Part shown: positions 45,203-54,623 of the stretch, piece by piece
How the letters are laid out: each line of letters opens with the position of its first letter
Numbering within the stretch: position 1 is the first letter of the stretch
Assembly (NCBI GenBank): GCA_964486745.1
Contig: CAZAOJ010000002.1
Location: forward strand, 2,958-66,957
Source of the DNA: an uncultured Arcobacteraceae bacterium
GTDB taxonomy: Bacteria > Campylobacterota > Campylobacteria > Campylobacterales > Arcobacteraceae
Length of the DNA: 64,000 nt
Reading direction: 5' to 3'
The notes under the pieces: model-generated
The model's database searches: none
What the model was told of the DNA's origin: nothing
Seen by the model: the letters and a program-made list of their open reading frames with translations, nothing else
Position numbers and translations under genes: made by a program

Positions 45203-45977
45203 CTAGTAGTCCCCCCATATCATTAAGACTATCAACTGCTTTTCTTTCACTCATTTTAGTAACAGTATGAATCTCTTTTGCATCTTTTAATCTTTCTTCA
45301 TCTTTTTTATCCCAACCTTTGACATAATTTGTGTCAACAGCACCTAAAACTATATCTCTAGGTAATACTGTAATAGCAGCTTTCTTAGTTACACAGGCAT
45401 GTTCGCAAAGCCCGCATCCCGTACAAAAGTCACTATCAACAATTGGTTTTAAAAATGCATGTTTACCTGTTCTATCATTTTTGTCATATTGTAGATAAAT
45501 TGCTTTATCTAAAAGAGGACAAGCTCTATAACAAGCATCACATTGAATTCCCCAAAAAGCAATACAATTTTTAGTATCAACTACTGCTACACCCATTTTT
45601 GCAATATTTATATCTAGCTTTCCATTAGTTGTAACACTACTTTCATCTAATGCACCACTTGGACAAACTGGCACACAAGGTATATCATCACACATATAAC
45701 AAGCGATATCTCTTGGTGTAAAATATGGAGTTCCCAATGGTTTATTATCTCCTGGCTTAGCAAGAATTAAGGTATCATAAGGGCATGCTTCAACACATAA
45801 TCCACATTTTATACAAGTTTTTAAAAAATCTTCTTCCTTTATAGCTCCAGGTGGTCTTAATATTAACTTATTAGCCGTTACTTCGTCTACATAAGCACTC
45901 CACATTAAACCACCTAGGGCAGTTAATCCTGCCCCTCTAGCTATATTTAAAATAAATTTTCTTCTATCAGTTGCCAT
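45195..45977 (-). CDS. napG: NapG periplasmic ferredoxin subunit (Tat signal)
   Basis: DRRKFIL twin-arginine signal and four 4Fe-4S motifs (CIKCGLCVEACP, CTGCGLCEHAC and others). Confidence 0.9.
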   Translation of the reverse strand: MATDRRKFILNIARGAGLTALGGLMWSAYVDEVTANKLILRPPGAIKEEDFLKTCIKCGLCVEACPYDTLILAKPGDNKPLGTPYFTPRDIACYMCDDIPCVPVCPSGALDESSVTTNGKLDINIAKMGVAVVDTKNCIAFWGIQCDACYRACPLLDKAIYLQYDKNDRTGKHAFLKPIVDSDFCTGCGLCEHACVTKKAAITVLPRDIVLGAVDTNYVKGWDKKDEERLKDAKEIHTVTKMSERKAVDSLNDMGGLLDD

Positions 45978-46008
45978 ATTTTACTTTCACTTTTTATATT
46001 TTTATTTA

Positions 46009-48843
46009 TTATGCTTTATAAATTTTTACCGCACATTTTTTATAATCTGTTTGTTTAGATTGTGGACAAGTTGCGTCAAGACATACTTTATTAATAAGTA
46101 CTCTTTCATCAAACCATGGTACAAATACTAAACTTCTTGGTGGTCGGTTTCTTCCTCTAGTTTCAACTCTAGCTTTAACTTTTCCACGTCTTGATTCAAC
46201 CCATGCTAAATCTCCACGTTTAAGACCTCTTTCTTTTGCTGTTGTTGGATGCATGTAACAAAGTGCTTCTGGAACTGCTCTATATAACTCAGGAACTCTC
46301 ATAGTCATAGTTCCACTATGCCAGTGCTCAAGTACCCGTCCTGTACATAACCAAGTATCATACTCTGCATCTGGTTTTTCTGGTGGCTCCATGTATGGTC
46401 TAGCAAAGATTTTTGCTTTGTTTTTAAGTGATTTTTTCTTTTTATCTTTAACACCCATTAAATCACCTTGCATTAATGCTTTTGCAAGAGAACCGTAGAA
46501 TGCATGAGTTGATCCATTTCCAGATTTAGCAACTGCTTTTGCTGCATATGGATCGTATTTAACATTAAATCTCCATTGTGTTTCTTTACCATCAACAACA
46601 GGCCATTTAAGTCCTCTTACTTTGTGGTAAGTAGTAAATGGTGCAAGGTCATGTCCGTGTCCTCTACCAAATGATGCATATTCTTCAAATAGGTATTCAT
46701 GAATCATAAATCCATAACCTTTGAAAACTTTACCATCACTACCTTTTACATTTCTGCTATCACCATTACATTCAGTATTATCATAACCTTTTTGTGGGAA
46801 AGAATTTAAATCAATTTTGTATGATTTTGCTCTTTCATTTGCAAAAAGTATTTCATACATAGTAGTATCACCATTGTATCCCATAGTTTTAGCTTTTGCT
46901 CTAACGTCAGCTAATTTTTTACCATTTCTTAGTGTATATGGTCCCCATAGATCATTTACAGTAAATCTTTTTGAGAATTCTACCCATTGCCAAGTATCAG
47001 ACATAGCATCACCTACAGGTAATACTTGTTGTCTCCAGTGCTGAGTTCTTCTTTCTGCATTACCGTAAGCTCCCCATTTTTCATAGATCATTGCACTTGG
47101 TAAAATTAAATCAGATACTTTTGCTGAAATTCCTGGATAGCCATCTGAAGTTACAATAAAGTTATCCATTTCACGAGCTGCTTTAATCCAGTGTTTTGCA
47201 GAAGCTGAATCTTGATATGGGTTACATACATTTACCCATGCAAATTTTACAACACCATCTTCAATATCTCTGTGAATTTTCATAATATGTTGATTTCCAA
47301 CTGGATTTAAAGTACCATTTGGAATTTTCCAACCATCTTCAGTAATTTTTCTGTGTTTTGGTGATTTTACCATCATATCTGCTGGTAATCTATGACAGAA
47401 TGTTCCAACTTCTCTAGCTGTACCACAAGCACTTGGTTGACCAGTAAGTGAGAATGCACCATTTCCTGGTAATGCTTGTTTATTTAGTAAAAAGTGTACA
47501 TTATATGATAAAGTATTTACCCAAGTTCCACGTGTATGTTGATTCATACCCATAGTCCAAAAAGATACTACTTTTCTTCCTTTTTCTACATATAAATCAG
47601 CTAAGAATTGTAATTTCTTTTTAAACTCTTCAATATCTTCATCTGGATCACCTTTTGAAACTTTTGCAGTATAATCTAAAGTATAAGGTGCAAGGAATTT
47701 TTTGTATTCTTCAAAAGAGATTTCCCAGTGTTTAAGACCAGCTGGTTTATTAACCATATCATCACCAGCTTTATATCCATATGGTGCTAATGCTGGAGCT
47801 TCATCTTCAGATACTTTATGTACCATCTCATGATTTATTGTTTCCATCTCTTTTGCAGTATACTTACCTGCAGATCCATCAGGTCTAACTGGAGTAAGTG
47901 ATTTCTCACCTTTTCTTCTCATACCATAACCCATATTAACTGGAGATGCAGCAAAAACTATATTTTTCTTAACAAAATCCCAATCAATAGCTTCAGGATG
48001 ATTATAAACAATTTCTCTTGCAATATAATTCCATAAAGCTAAATCTGTATTTGGTTTGAAAATAATATTTGCATCACCAAGGTCACAAGTTCTGTGAGTA
48101 TATGTTTGAATATTTACAACTTTTACTCTATCTGGATCAGATAATTTTCTATCTGTAACTCTTGACCATAAAATAGGGTGCATTTCTGCCATATTTGATC
48201 CCCAAGTTACGATTGTATCAGTTAACTCAATATCATCATAACAACCTGATGGTTCATCAATACCAAATGTTTGGTAAAAACCAACAACCGCAGATGCCAT
48301 ACAGTGTCTAGCATTTGGATCAATTGCATTTGATCTAAATCCACCTTTCATCATCTTTTGAGCTGCATAACCTTCCATTACAGTATATTGCCCAGAAGCA
48401 AATACTGCAACACCTTCAGGTCCAGATGCTTTTAATGCTTTTTTAGCATGAAATTCCATTTCATCAAATGCTCTTTTCCAAGAAACAGGAGCAAATTTTC
48501 CATGTTTGTCAAATTCACCTTTAGCATTTACTCTAAGAAGTGGAGTTTTAAGTCTATCTTCTCCATACATGATTTTTGCATTAAAGTAACCTTTGATACA
48601 GTTAAGGCCTCTATTTACAGGAGCTGCTGGATCCCCCTTAACCGCTACAATTTTTCCATTTTTCGTAGCCATCATGATACCACAACCCGTACCACAAAAT
48701 CTACACGCTGCTTTATCCCATCGCCAACCATTTTGAGCATCTTTTGATGCTGCTTGCATTGATGATGGTACACTCATACCTACTGCTGCTGCTGCACTAG
48801 CCGCCGCAGAACTTTTAAGAAAATCTCTTCTTGAAAGTGCCAT
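46009..48843 (-). CDS. napA: periplasmic nitrate reductase catalytic subunit NapA
   Basis: 944 aa. SRRDFLK Tat signal, N-terminal 4Fe-4[10 protein letters not shown], and bis-MGD molybdopterin oxidoreductase domains. Confidence 0.97.
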   Translation of the reverse strand: MALSRRDFLKSSAAASAAAAVGMSVPSSMQAASKDAQNGWRWDKAACRFCGTGCGIMMATKNGKIVAVKGDPAAPVNRGLNCIKGYFNAKIMYGEDRLKTPLLRVNAKGEFDKHGKFAPVSWKRAFDEMEFHAKKALKASGPEGVAVFASGQYTVMEGYAAQKMMKGGFRSNAIDPNARHCMASAVVGFYQTFGIDEPSGCYDDIELTDTIVTWGSNMAEMHPILWSRVTDRKLSDPDRVKVVNIQTYTHRTCDLGDANIIFKPNTDLALWNYIAREIVYNHPEAIDWDFVKKNIVFAASPVNMGYGMRRKGEKSLTPVRPDGSAGKYTAKEMETINHEMVHKVSEDEAPALAPYGYKAGDDMVNKPAGLKHWEISFEEYKKFLAPYTLDYTAKVSKGDPDEDIEEFKKKLQFLADLYVEKGRKVVSFWTMGMNQHTRGTWVNTLSYNVHFLLNKQALPGNGAFSLTGQPSACGTAREVGTFCHRLPADMMVKSPKHRKITEDGWKIPNGTLNPVGNQHIMKIHRDIEDGVVKFAWVNVCNPYQDSASAKHWIKAAREMDNFIVTSDGYPGISAKVSDLILPSAMIYEKWGAYGNAERRTQHWRQQVLPVGDAMSDTWQWVEFSKRFTVNDLWGPYTLRNGKKLADVRAKAKTMGYNGDTTMYEILFANERAKSYKIDLNSFPQKGYDNTECNGDSRNVKGSDGKVFKGYGFMIHEYLFEEYASFGRGHGHDLAPFTTYHKVRGLKWPVVDGKETQWRFNVKYDPYAAKAVAKSGNGSTHAFYGSLAKALMQGDLMGVKDKKKKSLKNKAKIFARPYMEPPEKPDAEYDTWLCTGRVLEHWHSGTMTMRVPELYRAVPEALCYMHPTTAKERGLKRGDLAWVESRRGKVKARVETRGRNRPPRSLVFVPWFDERVLINKVCLDATCPQSKQTDYKKCAVKIYKA

Positions 48844-48881
48844 ATTCTCTCCTTATGTATTTTGTCGTTATTAAACAATAA

Positions 48882-48923
48882 ATTGTAGCTTTTTCAAGGT
48901 TAAAATTACTTGATATATGTCAA
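48882..48923 (-). promoter_or_regulatory. class II Crp/Fnr-type promoter of the nap operon
   Basis: Minus strand reads TTGAC-ATAT-ATCAA (48923-48910), 22 nt, then TACAAT (48887-48882). If +1 is near 48875, the box is centred at -41.5. AAGGAG lies 5 nt before the napA ATG. Confidence 0.6.
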
Positions 48924-49011
48924 GATTATGACAAATATAAGTATTAAGTATATAAAGTGGGTAAAAAGGTAAATTAGGAGTATTTTTATCGGATATAAAA
49001 TTGTGTATTAT

Positions 49012-49037
49012 AATATGAGATCAAAAGATCTCATATT
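49012..49037 (-). terminator. 11-bp perfect hairpin immediately after the stop of the 49038..49742 gene
   Basis: AATATGAGATC-AAAA-GATCTCATATT read directly. Abuts the stop codon at 49038-49040. Confidence 0.55.
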
Positions 49038-49742
49038 TTATTTTGTTCTTTGAACTAGGTACATTCCAATTGCTTGAAGTTTTTTCCCTTTTATGTTTCC
49101 ACAAATTTTACTTTCTACTAAAAATGATTTAGCTTCAGCAGTAGATTCAAATGTTTTATTAGTTTTTTGACACATCTTTTTATACATCATAGCACCTTTT
49201 TTTATAGCTTTGGCTTGTCTTTTTTTAGTTGCAGCCATATCTTTTGCTAAAGATTTTTCTACCATTTTATATAGAGCATCAAATCTCATAATTTTCCCAC
49301 CATTTTGTGCAGCAAATTTTTCAGCTGCTTGTTTAGTACCAAACGCATATTTACTAACTACACTCATAGTTCCAGGTTTTTTACTACCTACTACAAAATA
49401 TGCATCTTTTGAATCTATAAATTTTAATGTTGTGTTATCAACTACTTTAAAATTTTCTAATTTTGTATTATTTACAACGGCATCTTGAATCATACAAACT
49501 ATTGAACAATAGTGCTTACCATGATTTTTATGTGTTGCTGCATGATTTGTTTTATAAAACATTGGTAATGTCATACCACATACAGGACAATACATCTTAT
49601 TTTTACCATCTTGTAGTATTGTTGCTTTTTCAACTGGCACCATTCTATAGTTTTTCATTGTTTTTTGCATTGGTTTATCCATTGCACTACTTATAACTAG
49701 TGAACCTAAAACTAATAGGCTAATTAATATTTTTTTCATCAT
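49038..49742 (-). CDS. periplasmic NosL/TRASH-like metal-chaperone paralog with C-terminal two-Cys module
   Basis: AAGGAG precedes ATGATG at 49742. Signal peptide MMKKILISLLVLGSLVISSA. CPVCGM-x24-C-x3-C. NosL-like core AYFVVGSKKPGTMS..SKYAFGTKQAAEKFAAQNGGKIMRFD. The tail has ...MYKKMC...SKICG... Confidence 0.75.
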   Translation of the reverse strand: MMKKILISLLVLGSLVISSAMDKPMQKTMKNYRMVPVEKATILQDGKNKMYCPVCGMTLPMFYKTNHAATHKNHGKHYCSIVCMIQDAVVNNTKLENFKVVDNTTLKFIDSKDAYFVVGSKKPGTMSVVSKYAFGTKQAAEKFAAQNGGKIMRFDALYKMVEKSLAKDMAATKKRQAKAIKKGAMMYKKMCQKTNKTFESTAEAKSFLVESKICGNIKGKKLQAIGMYLVQRTK

Positions 49743-49876
49743 TTCTCCTTTTGATATTTGAAACTCTAACAAATTATTGTTAATTAAATGTTAATTATTG
49801 ATAAAGATTAATAAATAATTAATAAAAAAGTGATAAGATTACTGAATAATTCTTAGAAAATGTTTGGAGCTTATTA

Positions 49877-51019
49877 ATGTATATAAAAAAGATATATATT
49901 GTATTGTGGATTTTATTTTTATCTACTAATATATATGGATATGAATTTACAAAAGTTGCAAAAACTAAGCCAATATTGATACAAGAAGGACAAAGTAAAT
50001 ATTGGTGTCCTGTATGTGGACACACTTTATCAAAATATTATAAAACAAATTATATAGCAAAACTTAAAAATGGAACCAAAAGACAATATTGTAGTCTAAG
50101 ATGTTTGGTTACTGATTTAAATAATTATGGTATAGATTTAAGTGCAGTAGCTGTGATTGATGCTAAAACAGAAAAGTTAATAAATGCTCATGATGCCTAT
50201 TTTGTAGTTGGTTCAAAAATAAATGGAACAATGAGTAAAAAAAGTAAATTAGCTTTTGCTTTAGAAAATGACGCTAAAAACTTTGTAAAACAATATAAGG
50301 GTAAAATTGTAGATTTTCAAGAAGCACTTAAAATGGCGCAAGACTCTTTAAAAATAGATAATAAAATACAAAAAAAACTAAAACAAAAAAAATTATATAA
50401 AATAGGTAAGAGAATTTTTAATAAAGTTTGTAATCAAGATATAGATATAGAGGATTATTTAGAGATAAATGAACTTAAATCTGCAATAGTAAATGAACAT
50501 CTATGTGAACCATTAAATTATAAGCAACTTCATGCTTTAGCATTGTACTTATGGGAAAAACAAGCATTAGGTGATGGTGAAGATATTGAGGGTAGGGTTG
50601 AAGTAACTACTGATGAAAAATGTCCTGTGTGTGGTATGTTTACATATAAATATCCAAAATGGGCAGCACAAATATTTTTTAAACATGATAACCATGAGCA
50701 TCATTATAGTTTTGATGGGGTAAAAGATATGATGAAATTTTATTTTAATCCTATGGCATGGGGAGACTATAAAAATAGTAAAAAAGAGAATATAACTAAG
50801 ATTTTAGTTACAGATTATTATTCTCAAAAAGCAATAGATGCTACAAAAGCATATTATGTAATAGGAAGTGATGTATATGGACCTATGGGAAATGAACTAA
50901 TACCTTTTGAAAATAAAGATGATGCAAATACCTTTAAAAATGACCATAGAGGTGAAAAAGTTATACAATTTGAGAATATATTAGAAGATGAAGTTTATAA
51001 ACTTGATACAGGAAAATAG
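49877..51019 (+). CDS. periplasmic double NosL-like protein (TRASH/NosL, two-Cys linker module, NosL)
   Basis: Signal peptide. Domain 1: CPVCGH-x25-C-x3-C, AYFVVGSKINGTMS...AFALENDAKNFVKQYKGKIVDF. Linker: IFNKVC...EHLCE. Domain 2: CPVCGM...AYYVIGSDVYGPMGNELIPFENKDDANTFKNDHRGEKVIQF. Confidence 0.78.
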   Translation: MYIKKIYIVLWILFLSTNIYGYEFTKVAKTKPILIQEGQSKYWCPVCGHTLSKYYKTNYIAKLKNGTKRQYCSLRCLVTDLNNYGIDLSAVAVIDAKTEKLINAHDAYFVVGSKINGTMSKKSKLAFALENDAKNFVKQYKGKIVDFQEALKMAQDSLKIDNKIQKKLKQKKLYKIGKRIFNKVCNQDIDIEDYLEINELKSAIVNEHLCEPLNYKQLHALALYLWEKQALGDGEDIEGRVEVTTDEKCPVCGMFTYKYPKWAAQIFFKHDNHEHHYSFDGVKDMMKFYFNPMAWGDYKNSKKENITKILVTDYYSQKAIDATKAYYVIGSDVYGPMGNELIPFENKDDANTFKNDHRGEKVIQFENILEDEVYKLDTGK

Positions 51020-51340
51020 ATGAATAAAAAAAGTCATTTTTTAATATATTTTATATTATTCTTGAGTTCTACTTTAATAGCACAAATTTTATATTTAAAT
51101 AGTGTCAAATCTAATACTAACGAACAATTAAAAAAGAAAAATCAATTTGTAAAGTTAGTGGGTCTTCCAGATTTAGCAATTTGTACAGAAGCTTCATATA
51201 TTAGACATAGAAGTTTAAGTGATTTAAGCTCTATTTATAAAGATGATTCAATATTAAGAGAATATTTTCCCTCTTCATATGCATATAATCATTCTGGTTT
51301 GTATAATAAAATATCTTCAAAGGTTGTAAATGTTAAGTAA
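51020..51340 (+). CDS. small N-terminally anchored membrane/periplasmic protein
   Basis: 106 aa with one N-terminal TM. Its start abuts the upstream stop, and it overlaps the downstream permease gene by 11 nt. Confidence 0.55.
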   Translation: MNKKSHFLIYFILFLSSTLIAQILYLNSVKSNTNEQLKKKNQFVKLVGLPDLAICTEASYIRHRSLSDLSSIYKDDSILREYFPSSYAYNHSGLYNKISSKVVNVK

Positions 51341-52517
51341 AATAAATCTATATTTAGTGCAATATGCCATTGGTTCCATATTAAGAGCTAAATACAAATC
51401 CCTTTTTATTACTATAATATTTACTTTTTTGACTTTTTTATTAACATCAATATTTTTTATATCTAATTCAATCAAATATGAACTAAATAGTACGGTTGAG
51501 TCTTTACCTCAAATTATTGTACAGAAAATAAAAGCAGGTCGTCAATATGATATTGAAGTAAATAATATAGAACAAATATTAGAATTAAATGGCGTAGTTG
51601 ATGCAGTTGCCAGAGTTTGGGGATATTATTATTTTGAAAATGCTGGAGTTAATTTTAGTATTGTTGGGCTTAATCAATATGAAACACAGTATAAAAAAAG
51701 TTTTACTAATATAGTTGAAAAATTTAATTTAGATAAATTAAGTAAAAATCCATCAATGGTAGTAGGACAGGGTGTATATAAAGTGTTAAATGACAACTAT
51801 TATACAAAATATTTTAATTTTATAAAACCTGATGGAACTTTTAAGCAAGTTGATATTGCTGGTATTTTTGATTCAAATATTCAATTAGAATCAAATGATG
51901 TTATAGTTTTACAACAAGATATAGCAAGACAAATTATGGGTATGCGTGAAGACATGGCAACTGATATTGTTGTAAAAGTTGCAAACCCAAAAGAGATATT
52001 AATGATAGCTTCTAAAATAAAATTGATGTTTCCTGATACTAGAGTTATTACAAATGAAGATTTAAAAGTGAGTTATGACAATATCTTTGATTATAAAAGT
52101 GGAATATTTTTAGCTTTATTTATTATAAGTTTATTTACATTTTTTATAATAATATATGATAAAAGCAGTGGTTTAAGTAGTGAAGAAAAAAGAGAGATTG
52201 GTATATTAAAAGCTGTGGGATGGACTGTAGATGATATATTAAAAGAAAAATTTTATGAAGCATTTATTATCTCATTTATTGCATATTTATTGGGTGTAAT
52301 ATTAGCTTTTACTTTTGTGTATATATTTCAAGCACCAATACTAAGAGATATATTTGTAGGATATTCACAATTAAAAACAACTTTTGAATTACCATTTATA
52401 TTTGATATACAAACATTGTTTTTAGTATTCTTTTTAAGTGTACCAATTTATATAGCTGCAACAATAATTCCATCTTGGAAAAGTGCGACTATTGAAACAG
52501 ATGAGGCGATAAGATAA
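51330..52517 (+). CDS. FtsX/MacB-type ABC transporter permease with large periplasmic domain
   Basis: 395 aa. TM1, a ~220-aa extracytoplasmic domain, then three C-terminal TMs containing the FtsX-like segment (EKREIGILKAVGW). Confidence 0.8.
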   Translation: MLSKINLYLVQYAIGSILRAKYKSLFITIIFTFLTFLLTSIFFISNSIKYELNSTVESLPQIIVQKIKAGRQYDIEVNNIEQILELNGVVDAVARVWGYYYFENAGVNFSIVGLNQYETQYKKSFTNIVEKFNLDKLSKNPSMVVGQGVYKVLNDNYYTKYFNFIKPDGTFKQVDIAGIFDSNIQLESNDVIVLQQDIARQIMGMREDMATDIVVKVANPKEILMIASKIKLMFPDTRVITNEDLKVSYDNIFDYKSGIFLALFIISLFTFFIIIYDKSSGLSSEEKREIGILKAVGWTVDDILKEKFYEAFIISFIAYLLGVILAFTFVYIFQAPILRDIFVGYSQLKTTFELPFIFDIQTLFLVFFLSVPIYIAATIIPSWKSATIETDEAIR

Positions 52518-53188
52518 TGATAAAATTAAAAAATATTACCAAAATATATCAAATGAATAAAAATGATAAAGTAATAGCTTTAAATAATATAAATTTACAC
52601 TTTAAAGAGGGTGAACTTATAGTCTTAAAAGGTTCAAGTGGTAGTGGAAAAAGTACTATACTATCTTTAATTGCAGCTTTAAGTAAACCTACTAGTGGTG
52701 AAGTAATTGTAGATGAAAAAAGAATTTCAAAGTTACCAGATAATTTTGCTGCATTATATAGACGAGAAAATATAGGCTTTGTATTTCAAAAATATAATTT
52801 AATACCAACTTTAAGCGTTAAAGATAATATTATACAGCCATTAATTCCAGCTAATCCTCCTGAAGATGAGTTAAAAGTAAAACTAGATAATGTAATGAAA
52901 AGATTTAGTATAGAGCATAAAAAAGATTTGATTGTTAGAAATTTATCTGGTGGAGAGCAACAAAGAGTTGCAATTGCAAGAGCTCATATAAATAATCCCA
53001 AAATTATAATTGCAGATGAACCAACAGCAAATTTAGATGAAAAGTTATCTTTAGATTTTATAAAAATCTTAAAACAATTAAAAGAATCAAATAAAACTAT
53101 AATAGTTGCAACTCATGACCCTTTATTTTTTGATTTAGATTTTGTTGATAAAGTTATAGAGATTTATAATGGGAATATTGTTGAATGA
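52517..53188 (+). CDS. ABC transporter ATP-binding protein (MacB/LolD-like)
   Basis: Walker A GSSGSGKST, Q-loop, signature LSGGEQQR, Walker B IIIADEPT, H-loop THD. Confidence 0.9.
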   Translation: MIKLKNITKIYQMNKNDKVIALNNINLHFKEGELIVLKGSSGSGKSTILSLIAALSKPTSGEVIVDEKRISKLPDNFAALYRRENIGFVFQKYNLIPTLSVKDNIIQPLIPANPPEDELKVKLDNVMKRFSIEHKKDLIVRNLSGGEQQRVAIARAHINNPKIIIADEPTANLDEKLSLDFIKILKQLKESNKTIIVATHDPLFFDLDFVDKVIEIYNGNIVE

Positions 53189-54144
53189 TTTTATCACCTG
53201 AAGTTATTTCTATATTAATACTTGATATAGTATTTGTATTTTTTGCATTAATTGCTTTTTATTTAAGTATTAGAATATCATTGTATTGGGATATAAATTC
53301 AACATCTAAGATGCAATATACACTTGAAAAACAAAGTTCATTAGCTGCAACTATTATAAAATATATATTTATTATAAAATTACCTTTATTTTTATTTTTT
53401 ATTTTTACTTTAGATAAAATATCTAATGTTTTAACTGGAGCAATGTGTGCAGCTGGAGTTGTTGATGCAACATCGTATGGTACATATCTATTTATTTTAA
53501 AGATTATAAATATATATTTATTTGGATATTGGTTAATGTTGCATTATTTAGATATAAAATATGAAAATTTACCATATGTCAAATTAAAATTTAGATTTTT
53601 TACTATAGCATTTTTTGTATTTATTAGTGAGATTATTCTTGAAATCTTGATGTTTTCATCTATTGATATATCAAAAATGGTAAGTTGTTGTGGAACTTTA
53701 TATTCAAGTTCAGCAACTTCTGTAATCTCTTCAATATTTTTGATACCTACATCAGTATTATTAAGTCTGTTTTATGGTATATTTTTGATGATGATATGTT
53801 TTTACTATTTAAAAAATAGATATATGTTTAGTATTATGAATTTTTTATTTATAATCGTATCAATAATAAGTCTTATATCATTTTTTGGTACATACATTTA
53901 TGAGTTACCAACTCATCATTGTCCATTTTGTTTTTTACAAAAAGATTACTATTATGTAGGGTATTTGATTTATACATTATTGTTTATTGGTACATTTTAT
54001 GGGATAAGTGTTGGAATTATAAAACAAAAAAATCAATATATTCAAAAAAAATTGAATATATCATTGATATTTAATTTATTGTATGTAATATTAGTAAGTG
54101 CATATCCACTTATTTATTATATAAAAAATGGTGTATGGTTATAA
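53185..54144 (+). CDS. polytopic (~8 TM) membrane protein with MCAAG, SCCG and HHCPFC motifs, unknown family
   Basis: 319 aa, very hydrophobic. Three Cys-containing motifs near predicted helix ends. Overlaps the ATPase gene by 4 nt. Confidence 0.6.
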   Translation: MILSPEVISILILDIVFVFFALIAFYLSIRISLYWDINSTSKMQYTLEKQSSLAATIIKYIFIIKLPLFLFFIFTLDKISNVLTGAMCAAGVVDATSYGTYLFILKIINIYLFGYWLMLHYLDIKYENLPYVKLKFRFFTIAFFVFISEIILEILMFSSIDISKMVSCCGTLYSSSATSVISSIFLIPTSVLLSLFYGIFLMMICFYYLKNRYMFSIMNFLFIIVSIISLISFFGTYIYELPTHHCPFCFLQKDYYYVGYLIYTLLFIGTFYGISVGIIKQKNQYIQKKLNISLIFNLLYVILVSAYPLIYYIKNGVWL

Positions 54145-54167
54145 ATTATAAGAAATAAAGAGGAAAT

Positions 54168-54623
54168 ATGAAAAAAATATTAATAAATAGTATTGTTAGT
54201 TTATCATTATGTTCAAATGTAGTAGCAAGTGAAGAGTTATCAATAAGACAGCAAGATGTATCACCGCAACAGCTTCAAAAACAAAATAAACAAGTGGTAA
54301 AATTAGCTGCACTTGAAGAATCAAAAAGTGTACCACAAAAAATTGATAAATATACAACTATTGTAGATATAAAGGCAAAAGACACTACATTAATTTATAC
54401 TTTTGAGATAAATACAGGTGTAAAAAGTGATGAAGCAATTATTAAAGAGGATCATTCACGAATGAAAAAAGCTGTTACTCAAGGTATTTGTAGAAGTTCA
54501 AAAAGATTTATGGATGCACAAATTACAAAAGTATATAGATATATTAGTGCTGTATCAAAAAAAGAATTATTTAAATTTGTTGTTAATCAAGATGTATGTT
54601 CAAAACTTAATAAGGATTATTAA
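54168..54623 (+). CDS. exported hypothetical protein
   Basis: 151 aa with a signal peptide (MKKILINSIVSLSLCSNVVAS) and two further Cys. No known motif. Confidence 0.55.
   Translation: MKKILINSIVSLSLCSNVVASEELSIRQQDVSPQQLQKQNKQVVKLAALEESKSVPQKIDKYTTIVDIKAKDTTLIYTFEINTGVKSDEAIIKEDHSRMKKAVTQGICRSSKRFMDAQITKVYRYISAVSKKELFKFVVNQDVCSKLNKDY

Noticed and set aside
49819-50025. 68-aa minus-strand ORF spanning the divergent promoter and the 5' end of the 49877 gene
   Set aside because: It overlaps a better-supported gene start (GGAG plus ATG, signal peptide) and is Cys/Phe/Ile-rich without an RBS. Probably spurious.
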